Notes under the pieces: generated by a model
The model's database searches: none
The model's input: the letters and a program-made list of their open reading frames with translations, nothing else
Told to the model about the DNA's origin: nothing
Made by a program: the position numbers and the translations under genes
Source: Candidatus Nomurabacteria bacterium
Lineage (GTDB): Bacteria > Patescibacteriota > Minisyncoccia > Phycocordibacterales > UBA10002
Direction: 5' to 3'
NCBI GenBank assembly: GCA_943354745.1
Contig: CALRDB010000001.1
Coordinates: 203 to 64,202 of the forward strand
Length of the DNA: 64,000 nt
Part shown: positions 6,395-16,156 of the stretch, piece by piece
How positions within the stretch are numbered: the stretch's first letter is position 1
How the letters are laid out: each line of letters opens with the position of its first letter

Positions 6395-7309
6395 ATGAAC
6401 GCCATTATGCACATGGGGAAAAGAGAGTCTTCGAAACCACTTATTGGGTTTGTCGGACAAGGATTCATCGGCAAGAACTATGCCGATGATTTTGAGAAGC
6501 GCGGATTTACCGTGACGCGGTACGCCATGGAGGAACCGTACCGACAGAACAAGGAAAAAATTAAAGCGTGCGATATTGTCTTTATTGCGGTGCCGACTCC
6601 AACCACTACAGACGGGTATGACTACTCAATCATTGAAAAAGTGCTTCCGCTTATCGGCAAGGGAAAGATAGCGGTGATCAAATCGACGATGCTTCCGGGG
6701 ACTACTGAAGAACTCCAAAAACTTTTTCCCGATATTTTTGTCTTTCATTCGCCGGAGTTTTTACGCGAAAAAACCGCTTCGTACGATGCGGCACATCCTG
6801 ATCGAAACATCATTGGTGTTCCTGTCGAAAACAGCAAGACTCGTGATGCAGCGAAGAAGGTGCTCTCGGTCTTACCTAAGGCTCCGTTTGAGGCAGTACT
6901 GTCCTCTGCTGAGGCCGAACTGGTGAAATATGGAGGGAATGATTTCTTCTATGTGAAAGTTGTCTACATCAATATGCTCTATGATGTAGCGAAAAAGCTT
7001 GGCTGTCGCTGGCAGCAGGTTCGTGATGCGATGATGGCCGATCCTCGTATTGGGCCTTCTCATATGGACCCGGTACACAAAAGCGGACATCTTACGGACA
7101 CTGATGAAGGCGGGCGGGGAGCTGGAGGGCATTGCTTCATTAAAGATTTCGCCGCTTTCACGTTACTCTACGAAAAACTGGTCGGAGATAAAACAGGTAT
7201 TGATGTGCTGCATGCCTTTGTTGAAAAGAACAATGAGCTTCTACGAGCAAGTGGGAAAGACCTTGATTTGTTAGAAGGAGTATATGGAAAAAAAATGAAA
7301 CGTTCGTAA
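6395..7309 (+). CDS. UDP-glucose/GDP-mannose dehydrogenase family protein (short form)
   Basis: GQGFIG, FIAVPTP, KSTMLPGTT, SPEFLRE, AELVKY, DPRIG, GAGGHCFIKD. Confidence 0.88.
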   Translation: MNAIMHMGKRESSKPLIGFVGQGFIGKNYADDFEKRGFTVTRYAMEEPYRQNKEKIKACDIVFIAVPTPTTTDGYDYSIIEKVLPLIGKGKIAVIKSTMLPGTTEELQKLFPDIFVFHSPEFLREKTASYDAAHPDRNIIGVPVENSKTRDAAKKVLSVLPKAPFEAVLSSAEAELVKYGGNDFFYVKVVYINMLYDVAKKLGCRWQQVRDAMMADPRIGPSHMDPVHKSGHLTDTDEGGRGAGGHCFIKDFAAFTLLYEKLVGDKTGIDVLHAFVEKNNELLRASGKDLDLLEGVYGKKMKRS

Positions 7310-7406
7310 TTACCAAGTCTCAATTATCAATTTTCAATCAATTTTTTAATTCCTTACTTTTGAATCTCATAATTAGGAATTCTTTGAAAAGTGAAGATTT
7401 ATTTTT

Positions 7407-7883
7407 ATGATCCATTTACTGCGAACGTGGGAGGAAAAGTGTTTTAAAATATGTGATCGATACATACCTCGGTTTGCGCCACATCTCCGTAAACGGGCAC
7501 GATTTTTTCGGTATCTCGTCGCCGGAGGGACAGCAGCTTCGGTTGATTTCTTTTTTCTCTACACGTTTACCGAGAAGGTCGGATTACACTATCTCGTCTC
7601 GGCGGCTCTTGCCTTTGTGGCAGCATTTTGTGTGAGTTTCTTATTGCAAAAATTCTGGACGTTTCAAGACGACTCTATAGAGCGTGTTCATACGCAGGTC
7701 GCGCTGTACTTTATATTTGCTCTTATGAATCTTGGTATTAATACAGCACTCATGTACCTCTTTGTCGATGTTATGGAAATCTGGTATATGGGAGCGCAGT
7801 TCCTTGCTTCTGGTCTCATAGCCTTTGAAAGTTTCTTTATTGGTCGCTACTTCATCTTTACTAATAAGACAAGTACGACATAG
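7407..7883 (+). CDS. GtrA family polyprenol-P-sugar flippase
   Basis: FFRYLVAGGTAASVDF...SFLLQKFWTF; four hydrophobic segments. Confidence 0.88.
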   Translation: MIHLLRTWEEKCFKICDRYIPRFAPHLRKRARFFRYLVAGGTAASVDFFFLYTFTEKVGLHYLVSAALAFVAAFCVSFLLQKFWTFQDDSIERVHTQVALYFIFALMNLGINTALMYLFVDVMEIWYMGAQFLASGLIAFESFFIGRYFIFTNKTSTT

Positions 7884-7931
7884 GACTTTGCTGTTTCGTA
7901 TTCTCGTTTTGGTTTTGAAGCTTACTCCGGT

Positions 7932-8957
7932 ATGAAATTACTTATTGTTACGCAAAAAGTCGACGCAACCGACAGCAACCTCGGGTTCTTTATCCGTTGG
8001 CTTGAAGTATTTTCAAAAAGTGCTGAGATTGTAGTTATTGCAAACGAAGTGGGTTCTCACTCACTTCCATCTTCCGTACGTGTGTACTCGTTAGGAAAAG
8101 AGACAGGGGCGTCGCGCTTCGCAAAACTGATACGGTATCAGCGGCTTCTCCTTAAGATTCTTCCGTCCGTGGACGGTGTCTTTTTTCATATGTGCCCAGA
8201 GTACGCGATTGCGGCTCATGTACTTCCCCGGCTTTTAGGTAAGCGAACCGCGATCTGGTATGTGCATAAGAGTGTTCATCTTCCACTGCGGATTGCAGAG
8301 AAATTAGTCCAGAAAGTATTCACCGCATCGAAGGAAAGCTTTCGACTTCAAAGCTCTAAAGTCGCTATCGTCGGTCACGGGATCGATACTGAGCTTTTTT
8401 CCGGTACACAAGAAAATGGAAATGCTTTACGTCTGTTGTCGGTAAGTCGCATTTCTCCGGTGAAGGATCTCCGCACGTTACTCATTGGATTCTTTAAATT
8501 GCAAAAGAAATTTGTTGACGCTACGTTGTCTCTTGTCGGAGTACCGGTCACCGCACAGGATGCTTCCTATCAAGGAGAACTTGAGCGAGCTATACAGACG
8601 CATGGCCTTGGTACGAAAGCGCACTTCTTAGGGAAAAGACTCTATACCGATCTCCCGTTGCTTTATCATGCACACACGGTATTTGTACATGCGAGTCGGA
8701 CGGGGAGTTTGGACAAAGCCGTGCTTGAGGCACTTGCGGCAGGGCTTATTGTGGTGACCTCAAGTGAGGCTTTTACCGCTGACATTCCTGGGGTAAAGAA
8801 GTTTCGGGAGGGTGACGCCTCGCAGCTTGCTGAGGTGCTCGTCGAAGCCTCTAGTAGCGGGAAAGTCGTATATAATGAAGAGGGAAGAGAGTGGGTAGAA
8901 AAACATCATAGCCTTACGAAACTCGTCAAAAAGATACTCGCATTTTATACAAAATAA
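7932..8957 (+). CDS. Glycosyltransferase family 4
   Basis: GHGIDTELF, VSRISPVKD, GSLDKAVLEALAAG. Confidence 0.88.
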   Translation: MKLLIVTQKVDATDSNLGFFIRWLEVFSKSAEIVVIANEVGSHSLPSSVRVYSLGKETGASRFAKLIRYQRLLLKILPSVDGVFFHMCPEYAIAAHVLPRLLGKRTAIWYVHKSVHLPLRIAEKLVQKVFTASKESFRLQSSKVAIVGHGIDTELFSGTQENGNALRLLSVSRISPVKDLRTLLIGFFKLQKKFVDATLSLVGVPVTAQDASYQGELERAIQTHGLGTKAHFLGKRLYTDLPLLYHAHTVFVHASRTGSLDKAVLEALAAGLIVVTSSEAFTADIPGVKKFREGDASQLAEVLVEASSSGKVVYNEEGREWVEKHHSLTKLVKKILAFYTK

Positions 8958-8979
8958 TTTTTATGAACTAGTTTTTACT

Positions 8980-9669
8980 ATGTTTGAAATAGTACCGTAC
9001 AAACCGACTCTAAGGGGTGTTCTTGTGGAAGCTTTACACGGAAAAGCTGTCACAAGGACGCTCACCAACATGTTTTGGCGTGGTCGCGTTCGACTTGCCG
9101 GCAATGTCCTTGATATCGGCGGAGGCAGTCAAGGAAGTCATTATCGCTTTTTGGAACGAGACCAAACAACGGTACTCAAGGTCGCGGATATCGTCTCGCG
9201 CAACGGTACCGATTTTGTGCTTGATATCACCAAAGAAAGAGTTCCACTCTCCGACGGTTCGCAAGAGTTTGTACTCATGTTCAATATTCTTGAACATCTT
9301 TTTGAACACGGAACAGTACTCGATGAAGTAAGACGACTTCTCGCTCCGGGAGGGAAGTTTGTTGGTACCATTCCATTCTTGGTAAATGTGCATCCTGATC
9401 CTCATGACTATGTACGCTTTACCAAAGAAGCGCTTGAACGCATTTTTACTGAACATGGTTTTTCGATAACGGTAATTGAGCCGATCGGGAAAGGGCCTTT
9501 TCTTGCAGGATATGAACAGCTGGACATGCTCATACATCCATGGATGCATCTTGTATTTGTTCCGGTCATTTGGTGCCTTGATAGTCTGCTTTCCCTGCTC
9601 AGGCCGAAGAGAAACTTCACTGCTCAATTTCCTCTGGCATACAACTTCATTGTTGAAAAAAGGGTTTAA
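8980..9669 (+). CDS. Class I SAM-dependent methyltransferase
   Basis: VLDIGGG, NILEHL, LAPGGKF, HPDPHDYVRFT. Confidence 0.88.
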   Translation: MFEIVPYKPTLRGVLVEALHGKAVTRTLTNMFWRGRVRLAGNVLDIGGGSQGSHYRFLERDQTTVLKVADIVSRNGTDFVLDITKERVPLSDGSQEFVLMFNILEHLFEHGTVLDEVRRLLAPGGKFVGTIPFLVNVHPDPHDYVRFTKEALERIFTEHGFSITVIEPIGKGPFLAGYEQLDMLIHPWMHLVFVPVIWCLDSLLSLLRPKRNFTAQFPLAYNFIVEKRV

Positions 9670-9675
9670 TATCAT

Positions 9676-11571
9676 ATGTGTTCAATCAACGGTTTTACAT
9701 GGAAAGATACGGAGCTCATTACGAGAATGAACTCGGTTACGGCACACAGGGGTCCTGATGGAACGGGTGTGTTTACTGACCAAGGTGTCTCTTTAGGTCA
9801 CAATCGTCTTGCCATCATCGACCTTACGCCGACTGGAGCACAGCCGATGACTACAAGTGATGGGCGCTATACGGTTGTCTTTAATGGCGAAATCTATAAT
9901 TTTAAGGAGCTCAGAAGTGAACTCGAGCCACACTTTCAATTTCGTTCTACGAGTGATACCGAAGTTATCTTATACGCCTACGCGAAATATGGGGCGGAAT
10001 GTGTGAAAAAGTTCAATGGAATTTTCGCGTTTGCCATTTGGGACGCACAAACGAAAGAATTATGTTTGGCACGCGATCAGAGTGGGGTAAAACCCCTTTA
10101 CTATTTTTGGGACCCTTTGACGGGGTCAGGGCAACCACGACTCATTTTTTCTTCCGAAATAAAGGCCATTCTTGAACATGACATAGTGCGTGGAGTTGAT
10201 AGTGATGCTTTCGCTCTTTATATGCGGATGCTCTATGTTCCGGAACCGTATACGATGTTTCAAAATGTTAAAAAACTTCCCCCCGCACACTATCTACTAT
10301 TTCGCGATGCGAAACTTTCTTTAAGAAAATATTGGGAAGTCTCTGATTTTTCTGATATCTCGTCAAGGGAAGAAGCTCTACAGGGTATTCGTTCACTTTT
10401 TGACGATTCGGTGAAAAGGCAGCTTGTATCCGATCGGCCAGTGGGAGTGTTCCTTAGTGGGGGATTCGATTCGAGTGCCATACTAGGTGCCGTAACAAAA
10501 CACACTTCGAGCAAAGTCAAAACCTACTCCGTTGGCTTCGATGTCGATGTGCAGCGAGAGAAATTCAACGCGGATTTTGCGCTTGCAGAAAAAACTGCGA
10601 ATCATTATCACACAGACCACCGTACGCTTATGATTTCAGGGAAAGATATCGTAAATGAGCTTCCCAAAATCGCGTGGCATCTCGATGAGCCTAATGCTAA
10701 TCCGACCGCGGGCGCCATCTATTTTCTTTCGCGCTTAGCTAAGAAAGATGTCGCTGTCGTGTTGGGAGGTGACGGTGCGGATGAACTCTTTGGGGGATAT
10801 CGGCGCTACGCACTTTCTCGTGTCATTCGGCGTTTCGGAAAACTCCCGAGTACGATACGTCACTCCATTATGTATCTTCTCCGGCAAGGGAAACGAGCGG
10901 AGATAATCGAGAAGTTCTCTTTGAATAATCCTACCGATCTCTTTCTTTCATTTCTTTCTCAAAAAGAGACCGAAGTCTCTGCTGTGATCCGAAAGGATAT
11001 GCAAACAAATCTCTTGCCGAAAAAACATTTTTCACGTTATTTTACTTCTGCAGATTTCTTAGACGATTTTGAAAAGAAATTTATGAATGTGGATCGTCAG
11101 AGTTGGCTTACCGACGAGTCACTTCTCCGGAGCGATAAAATGACCATGGCTTTTGGGCTTGAAGAGCGAGTTCCAATTCTCGATTACCGATTGGTCGAAC
11201 TTTCGGCGCGTATCCCAACAAAGTGGAAGATGACGCACTCCGGTTTACGTTCCGATTCGTTTAAAGGGAAAGATATTTGGCGCGAAGCGATATCGGAGTA
11301 TCTTCCGCGGCATGTTCTACGCGAACCTAAGCGAGGATGGTTCACGCCGATGGCAAAATGGCTTCGCACAGACCTTAGGAGTCATGTCTCTGAGATTCTT
11401 TCTTCCGCCCATCTTAACCCTGATTTCTTTAACGCAAAGGAAGTTCAAAGAATGTGGCAAGACCATCTAGAGGGTAAGAGGTATAACCTGAATCTCATTT
11501 GGGCTATCGTCATGTGGCAGTTGTGGTACGATACCTTTATAAAAAATAATGATACAGGGAAAAAACTATGA
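9676..11571 (+). CDS. asnB: Asparagine synthase (glutamine-hydrolysing) family amidotransferase, probably amidating glycan
   Basis: N-terminal Cys2, HRGPD, LGHNRLAIIDL, FNGEIYN, LSGGFDSS, GDGADELFGGY. Confidence 0.93.
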   Translation: MCSINGFTWKDTELITRMNSVTAHRGPDGTGVFTDQGVSLGHNRLAIIDLTPTGAQPMTTSDGRYTVVFNGEIYNFKELRSELEPHFQFRSTSDTEVILYAYAKYGAECVKKFNGIFAFAIWDAQTKELCLARDQSGVKPLYYFWDPLTGSGQPRLIFSSEIKAILEHDIVRGVDSDAFALYMRMLYVPEPYTMFQNVKKLPPAHYLLFRDAKLSLRKYWEVSDFSDISSREEALQGIRSLFDDSVKRQLVSDRPVGVFLSGGFDSSAILGAVTKHTSSKVKTYSVGFDVDVQREKFNADFALAEKTANHYHTDHRTLMISGKDIVNELPKIAWHLDEPNANPTAGAIYFLSRLAKKDVAVVLGGDGADELFGGYRRYALSRVIRRFGKLPSTIRHSIMYLLRQGKRAEIIEKFSLNNPTDLFLSFLSQKETEVSAVIRKDMQTNLLPKKHFSRYFTSADFLDDFEKKFMNVDRQSWLTDESLLRSDKMTMAFGLEERVPILDYRLVELSARIPTKWKMTHSGLRSDSFKGKDIWREAISEYLPRHVLREPKRGWFTPMAKWLRTDLRSHVSEILSSAHLNPDFFNAKEVQRMWQDHLEGKRYNLNLIWAIVMWQLWYDTFIKNNDTGKKL

Positions 11572-12425
11572 AATTTCGAGAAGGTAAGAGTGTCGAACTC
11601 ACAGGAAAAGTGAAGGAGTGGTGGGACAAAAATCCATTTACGTATCTTATGGATAATAAGCAAATCACTCCAGATTGGGCGTTTTTTCGCAATATAGATC
11701 GAAAAATCATCAAATGGATGCCCTGGGCGCAGAAAGGGTATCCGCTTCTTTCGAACGTAATTGACTACGGAGCTCTCAAGGGTAAGAAAGTACTTGATAT
11801 TGCGGTGGGTACCGGATGGAGCACCGAGCAATTTGTCCGTAGTGGTGCCGAGGTAACTGCGGTCGATCTTACTCCAGCGGCCGTGGAACTTACTAAGAAA
11901 CGACTGGCGCTGTACAATCTGTCCGCTACTGTTCAGGTAGCCGATGCGCAGCAGTTGCCGTTTCCCGACAACACCTTCGATTTCGTACTTGCGTTTGGTT
12001 GTCTCATGCATATGCCTGATACGAAGAAGGCAATCGATGAGATTTGGAGAGTGTTGAAGCCGGGAGGACGTGCTTCTGCGATGATGTACTACAAACATTC
12101 ACTCCATTGGTGGTACTACATCTTTTTCGGGAAGGGGATAGTGCGGGGGAAATTGTTTTCAATGAGTGTGCAAGAACTCTCCAATCGCTATACCGACGGC
12201 GCATACGAAGAAGGGAATCAACTCACGAAGTTTTACAGCAAGAAGGAAATTAGAAAGCTGTTTTCTCAATTTCCCACCATATGTATACGAGTGTTTGATG
12301 TGGCAACGCCAATTAATCATCTCCCGCACCGATTCTTTCCATTGGGGATGCTTATTCCGCCTCCAATAAAGAGATGGCTCACCACTAAGGTGGGGCAGAC
12401 ACTTTGGATCGATGTACAAAAATGA
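11568..12425 (+). CDS. Class I SAM-dependent methyltransferase
   Basis: VLDIAVGTG, ADAQQLPFPDNTFD, RVLKPGG. Confidence 0.9.
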   Translation: MKFREGKSVELTGKVKEWWDKNPFTYLMDNKQITPDWAFFRNIDRKIIKWMPWAQKGYPLLSNVIDYGALKGKKVLDIAVGTGWSTEQFVRSGAEVTAVDLTPAAVELTKKRLALYNLSATVQVADAQQLPFPDNTFDFVLAFGCLMHMPDTKKAIDEIWRVLKPGGRASAMMYYKHSLHWWYYIFFGKGIVRGKLFSMSVQELSNRYTDGAYEEGNQLTKFYSKKEIRKLFSQFPTICIRVFDVATPINHLPHRFFPLGMLIPPPIKRWLTTKVGQTLWIDVQK

Positions 12426-13510
12426 GCACGACCAAAGTCTATATCATCGATACAAAAGACGTTCCGGAGTGGCTCCCTCTTTCGCTTGTCTTTTGGCCGA
12501 ATTACCGTTTTGAGATTCCGGAAAAACGTCTCTTTCTTAAGGAGATTATGGCTCCGTATACGAAGCCTTTTCTCGATATCGTTTCAGATATCGAGGAAGC
12601 TGATTTTATCGCCGTGCCGGTCGATTATTTTTTCGTCTTGGAGCACGCACCGGAATATCTCGCACGAGTGTATACTTTCGCGAAGGAATTAGGGAAGAAA
12701 GTACTTCTTTTTGATTATACTGACTATGTTGACCGCGTACCAAAACTCCCTGCCCACGCGGTACTTTTTCGAGTGTCGGTGTATCGACACCATAAACAAC
12801 CGAGTGAAATTGTAATGCCGTATTTTGTTGAAGATTTGGGTACGAACTATGCTATAACACCGAAAGAGCGAGGGTCCTCTCTTATTGTGGGATACTGCGG
12901 ACAAGCGCGGTTTGGAAGTATCGCAAAGAAATGGAAGGCCGTCGCAAAACGGATAGCTCAATCAATTCTTTTACGCCTCCGGCGTGATGTAAGACCGGCC
13001 GTGCATATCCGAGGTATCTTCTGGAGAAATCAAGTCATACGCGCTCTACGGAAAGGCGGAACCGAATGCCGAATCATTGAGCGCGCATTCTATTCTCTGC
13101 ACCAATCTGGGGTAGTGGCTGATCCGAAAGATATTCGGCGAGACTACGTGGAGAATTTAAAAGAATGTGATCTTGCTCTTTGCGTGCGTGGTGATGCAAA
13201 TGCATCGCAACGCTTTTTTGAGGCACTTTCAGCTTCTCGTATTCCACTCCTTCTTGATACTGACGTTGTACTCCCTCTCGAGGGTGTCGTCAGTTATACT
13301 GACTGTGTCGTTCGGATTCCTTTCGATGACATAAAGTGCATCTCACGACACGTTGATGTGTGGAGCAGTACACATGAATCTTCTGTGTTTGTGGAAATGG
13401 AACAAAAAGCTCGCAAGACATACGAGAGTTTCCTCCGTCTGGACCAATATTTCGATCTTGTCTTTGATCGAGAACGAAGTCCTTATAAAACTATTCTTTA
13501 TGACGCATAA
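12422..13510 (+). CDS. Exostosin-like (GT47) glycosyltransferase
   Basis: YVENLKECDLALCVRGDANASQRFFEALSASRIP resembles the exostosin C-terminal motif; the ATG at 12422 overlaps the upstream stop. Confidence 0.75.
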   Translation: MSTTKVYIIDTKDVPEWLPLSLVFWPNYRFEIPEKRLFLKEIMAPYTKPFLDIVSDIEEADFIAVPVDYFFVLEHAPEYLARVYTFAKELGKKVLLFDYTDYVDRVPKLPAHAVLFRVSVYRHHKQPSEIVMPYFVEDLGTNYAITPKERGSSLIVGYCGQARFGSIAKKWKAVAKRIAQSILLRLRRDVRPAVHIRGIFWRNQVIRALRKGGTECRIIERAFYSLHQSGVVADPKDIRRDYVENLKECDLALCVRGDANASQRFFEALSASRIPLLLDTDVVLPLEGVVSYTDCVVRIPFDDIKCISRHVDVWSSTHESSVFVEMEQKARKTYESFLRLDQYFDLVFDRERSPYKTILYDA

Positions 13511-14621
13511 CAAAATCTTCTACATCGCAAATGTCCGCCTTCCAACGGAGAAAGCCCATGGTATGCAGATCATGAAGTCTTGTGAAGCTTTTGCTCGTGC
13601 GGGTATGGACGTTGAGCTCGTTGTTCCTCGTAGAAGAAATCTCTTTGCCGATGATCCCTTTGAGTATTACACGGTAGAGAGAAATTTTACAATCACGCCG
13701 ATCTTGGTAATTGATACCGTCCGTTTCGGACGTCTCGGATTTCTCGTTGAACTCTTTAGTTTTCTTATTGTAGCTCGGCTGTACCTGCGAGCTAAAGACG
13801 CTATTGTGTACACAAGAGAGGAGGCAGTGGGTTTTTTCTTCAAGGATTTTGTTCTAGAGATGCATGCTATTCCTGAACACGTAGGCAACCTGCGTTTATA
13901 TCTTTGGAAGAAGGCAAAGGGACTTACGGTTCTTACGCGTTTCATAAAGGATAGGCTGGTACAAAGTGGTGTTTCTGAGCAACGAATCTTCATTTCTCCC
14001 GACGCGGTGGATTTACGTTTGTTTGATCTCCCACTTTCTAAAGAAGCAGCTCGGGAGAAATTGAGTCTTCCTTTAAATCGGAAGATTGTACTGTATGCCG
14101 GCAGTTTCTTTTTATACGACTGGAAAGGCGTGGACATACTCCTTGAGTCAGCAAAGCAGTTCGAAGAGCCTCACCTTTTTGTTTTAGTTGGGGGAAGTAA
14201 AGAGGAAGTGAATAAGGCAAGGGCAAGCTGGGGTAGAGACAATATTCTTTTTCTGGGTCACCAGCCACCTCGAACTATTCCTACGTATCTTAAGGCGGCA
14301 GACGTGCTTGTGATTCCTAATAAAAAGGGGTCAACTACTTCAGAGTACTATACCTCTCCTCTGAAACTCTTTGAGTATATGGCTTCAGGGAGACCTATTA
14401 TTGCTTCGAGGATCCCATCCTTAGAAGAGGTTGTTAGCGCTAAGGAGGTGTTGTTCTTTGAGCCAAATAATGTAGAGGACCTTGTGCTTGGTATTCGTCA
14501 GATTTTTCAAGATGAATCATTTGCTCAATCGCTCGCGTGTAGTGCTCGAAAACAGGTTGAGGGGTTTACTTGGGACATGCGTATGAAAAAAGTACTCGAG
14601 AAGATAATGCTGTTATGTTGA
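13500..14621 (+). CDS. Glycosyltransferase family 4
   Basis: RLPTEKAHGMQI, WKGVD, SPLKLFEYMASGRPII. Confidence 0.9.
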   Translation: MTHNKIFYIANVRLPTEKAHGMQIMKSCEAFARAGMDVELVVPRRRNLFADDPFEYYTVERNFTITPILVIDTVRFGRLGFLVELFSFLIVARLYLRAKDAIVYTREEAVGFFFKDFVLEMHAIPEHVGNLRLYLWKKAKGLTVLTRFIKDRLVQSGVSEQRIFISPDAVDLRLFDLPLSKEAAREKLSLPLNRKIVLYAGSFFLYDWKGVDILLESAKQFEEPHLFVLVGGSKEEVNKARASWGRDNILFLGHQPPRTIPTYLKAADVLVIPNKKGSTTSEYYTSPLKLFEYMASGRPIIASRIPSLEEVVSAKEVLFFEPNNVEDLVLGIRQIFQDESFAQSLACSARKQVEGFTWDMRMKKVLEKIMLLC

Positions 14622-14646
14622 ACCTCTTGGCTAAACAGTTTATAGT
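14618..14646 (+). promoter_or_regulatory. Sigma70-type promoter candidate
   Basis: TTGAAC-17 nt-TATAGT. Confidence 0.4.
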
Positions 14647-14667
14647 AGGATGACGTAGTATATCTAT

Positions 14668-15288
14668 ATGAAACCTTGGGATACATTTTTTAAAGAGCGG
14701 ATGATGAGGATATTGAAAGAGAAGAAATCACTTATTGATATTGGTGGTGGTTTACGCATTTCGAGGGAAAAGGGAAATCGTTTTGAACCTAGAAATGCGT
14801 GGATTATCGAAACGATTCAAGCTAATAAAATCGAGTACAAAATTCTTGATCCGGTACCGGATTATGCTCCTGATATCGTGGGTGATATTCATAATCTGCC
14901 TTTTTTAGATGCGTCGCAGGAAGCAATTGCCTGTATTGCTGTACTCGAGCATGTCACCGACCCATTTAAGGCACGAGACGAAATGTTTCGTGTTCTCCAG
15001 TCTGGCGGAATGTGTATTATCTATGTCCCGTTCCTCTACTATTTTCATGCCGAGAAAGGATATTACGGTGATTATTGGCGGTTCACCAAAGAAGGATTAG
15101 CTCTCATGTTTAAGAATTTTTCCTCGGTTGAAATACAAGCCGTTCGTGGGGCCATCGGTACACTCATACGACTTACACCACTCGGGCGGTATCGATGGGT
15201 GGAACAGTTTGCCTACTATCTTGACCTTCTTTTTCATAAGATTTCAAGTAATCAGGTGAGTGGCTACTCTGTTTTCTTGATCAAATAA
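14668..15288 (+). CDS. Class I SAM-dependent methyltransferase
   Basis: LIDIGGG, GDIHNLPF, VLEHV, DYWRFT. Confidence 0.88.
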   Translation: MKPWDTFFKERMMRILKEKKSLIDIGGGLRISREKGNRFEPRNAWIIETIQANKIEYKILDPVPDYAPDIVGDIHNLPFLDASQEAIACIAVLEHVTDPFKARDEMFRVLQSGGMCIIYVPFLYYFHAEKGYYGDYWRFTKEGLALMFKNFSSVEIQAVRGAIGTLIRLTPLGRYRWVEQFAYYLDLLFHKISSNQVSGYSVFLIK

Positions 15289-15289
15289 G

Positions 15290-16156
15290 ATGTCTTCACT
15301 TAAAAAAGTTCTCATAACTGGTGCAAATGGCTTTACGGGGAGAGAGATGGTGCGGGTACTTTTAGCTGACTCTTCAAAAGAGATTTATCTAACTGATCGA
15401 ACAGAGACTGAAGTGTCTTCACTTCGAGTCAAAAAGTGTGATCTATCAGACCTTCCTTCTGTTGAGGCTTGTATTGAAAAAATCCAACCGAATGAGATTT
15501 ATCATTTAGTGGGTAGCTACACCAACGTCTACGATGTGGATTATATATCTAATGTTACCACCACAAAAAACATTTTGGATGCGCTTCGCAGTTTGGGTCT
15601 GAAGACTCGCGTCCTTTTGGTAGGAAGTTCGGCGGAATATGGATTTCCTCTAAATCCTTCTAAGGGAGTTGGTGAAGATCACCCTCTTTTGCCGGTATCG
15701 GTGTACGGGCTCGTCAAAACATATCAGCACATGCTTATGGGGACGTATGTTCGTTTATACGGTCTAGATCTTGTAGCGGTTCGGCCGTTCAATCTCCTTG
15801 GGAACGGTGTTTCTCCGGTACTGTTTGCCGGAAAAATGAGGCAAGAAATACAACGGTACAAAAAAGGCGAAATCAAGAGTATTGTTACTGGGGATCTTTC
15901 GGTCGAGCGGGATTATATTGATATTAGGGAAGCGATAACGTACTATCGATTGGTCATGGAGCAAGGGGCTACGGGAGAAGTGTATAACGTAGGGAGTGGT
16001 AAAAGTATACCTCTTCGGACACTCATGCAGAACATGCTTGTATCGGAAGGATTGTCATTCAATAGTGTGGAAGAAGGAGTACATCACATACCAGGGAAGA
16101 TCGTAGTTCCTAAGATATGTGCCGACATAACAAAGATAAAGAGACTTAACGTATGA
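15290..16156 (+). CDS. NAD-dependent epimerase/reductase (Rmd-like extended SDR)
   Basis: LITGANGFTG, GSSAEYG, YGLVK (YxxxK), RPFN, RDYID, GEVYNVGSG. Confidence 0.85.
   Translation: MSSLKKVLITGANGFTGREMVRVLLADSSKEIYLTDRTETEVSSLRVKKCDLSDLPSVEACIEKIQPNEIYHLVGSYTNVYDVDYISNVTTTKNILDALRSLGLKTRVLLVGSSAEYGFPLNPSKGVGEDHPLLPVSVYGLVKTYQHMLMGTYVRLYGLDLVAVRPFNLLGNGVSPVLFAGKMRQEIQRYKKGEIKSIVTGDLSVERDYIDIREAITYYRLVMEQGATGEVYNVGSGKSIPLRTLMQNMLVSEGLSFNSVEEGVHHIPGKIVVPKICADITKIKRLNV

Noticed and set aside
9034-9675. Long antisense ORFs (e.g. 9034-9675, 11445-12098, 17100-17717, 50356-50943)
   Set aside because: They lie fully opposite well-supported genes and show no motifs; treated as shadow ORFs.
9676-11571. 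asnB as an asparagine biosynthesis gene
   Set aside because: It is embedded among glycosyltransferases and translationally coupled to a methyltransferase; sugar amidation is more plausible.
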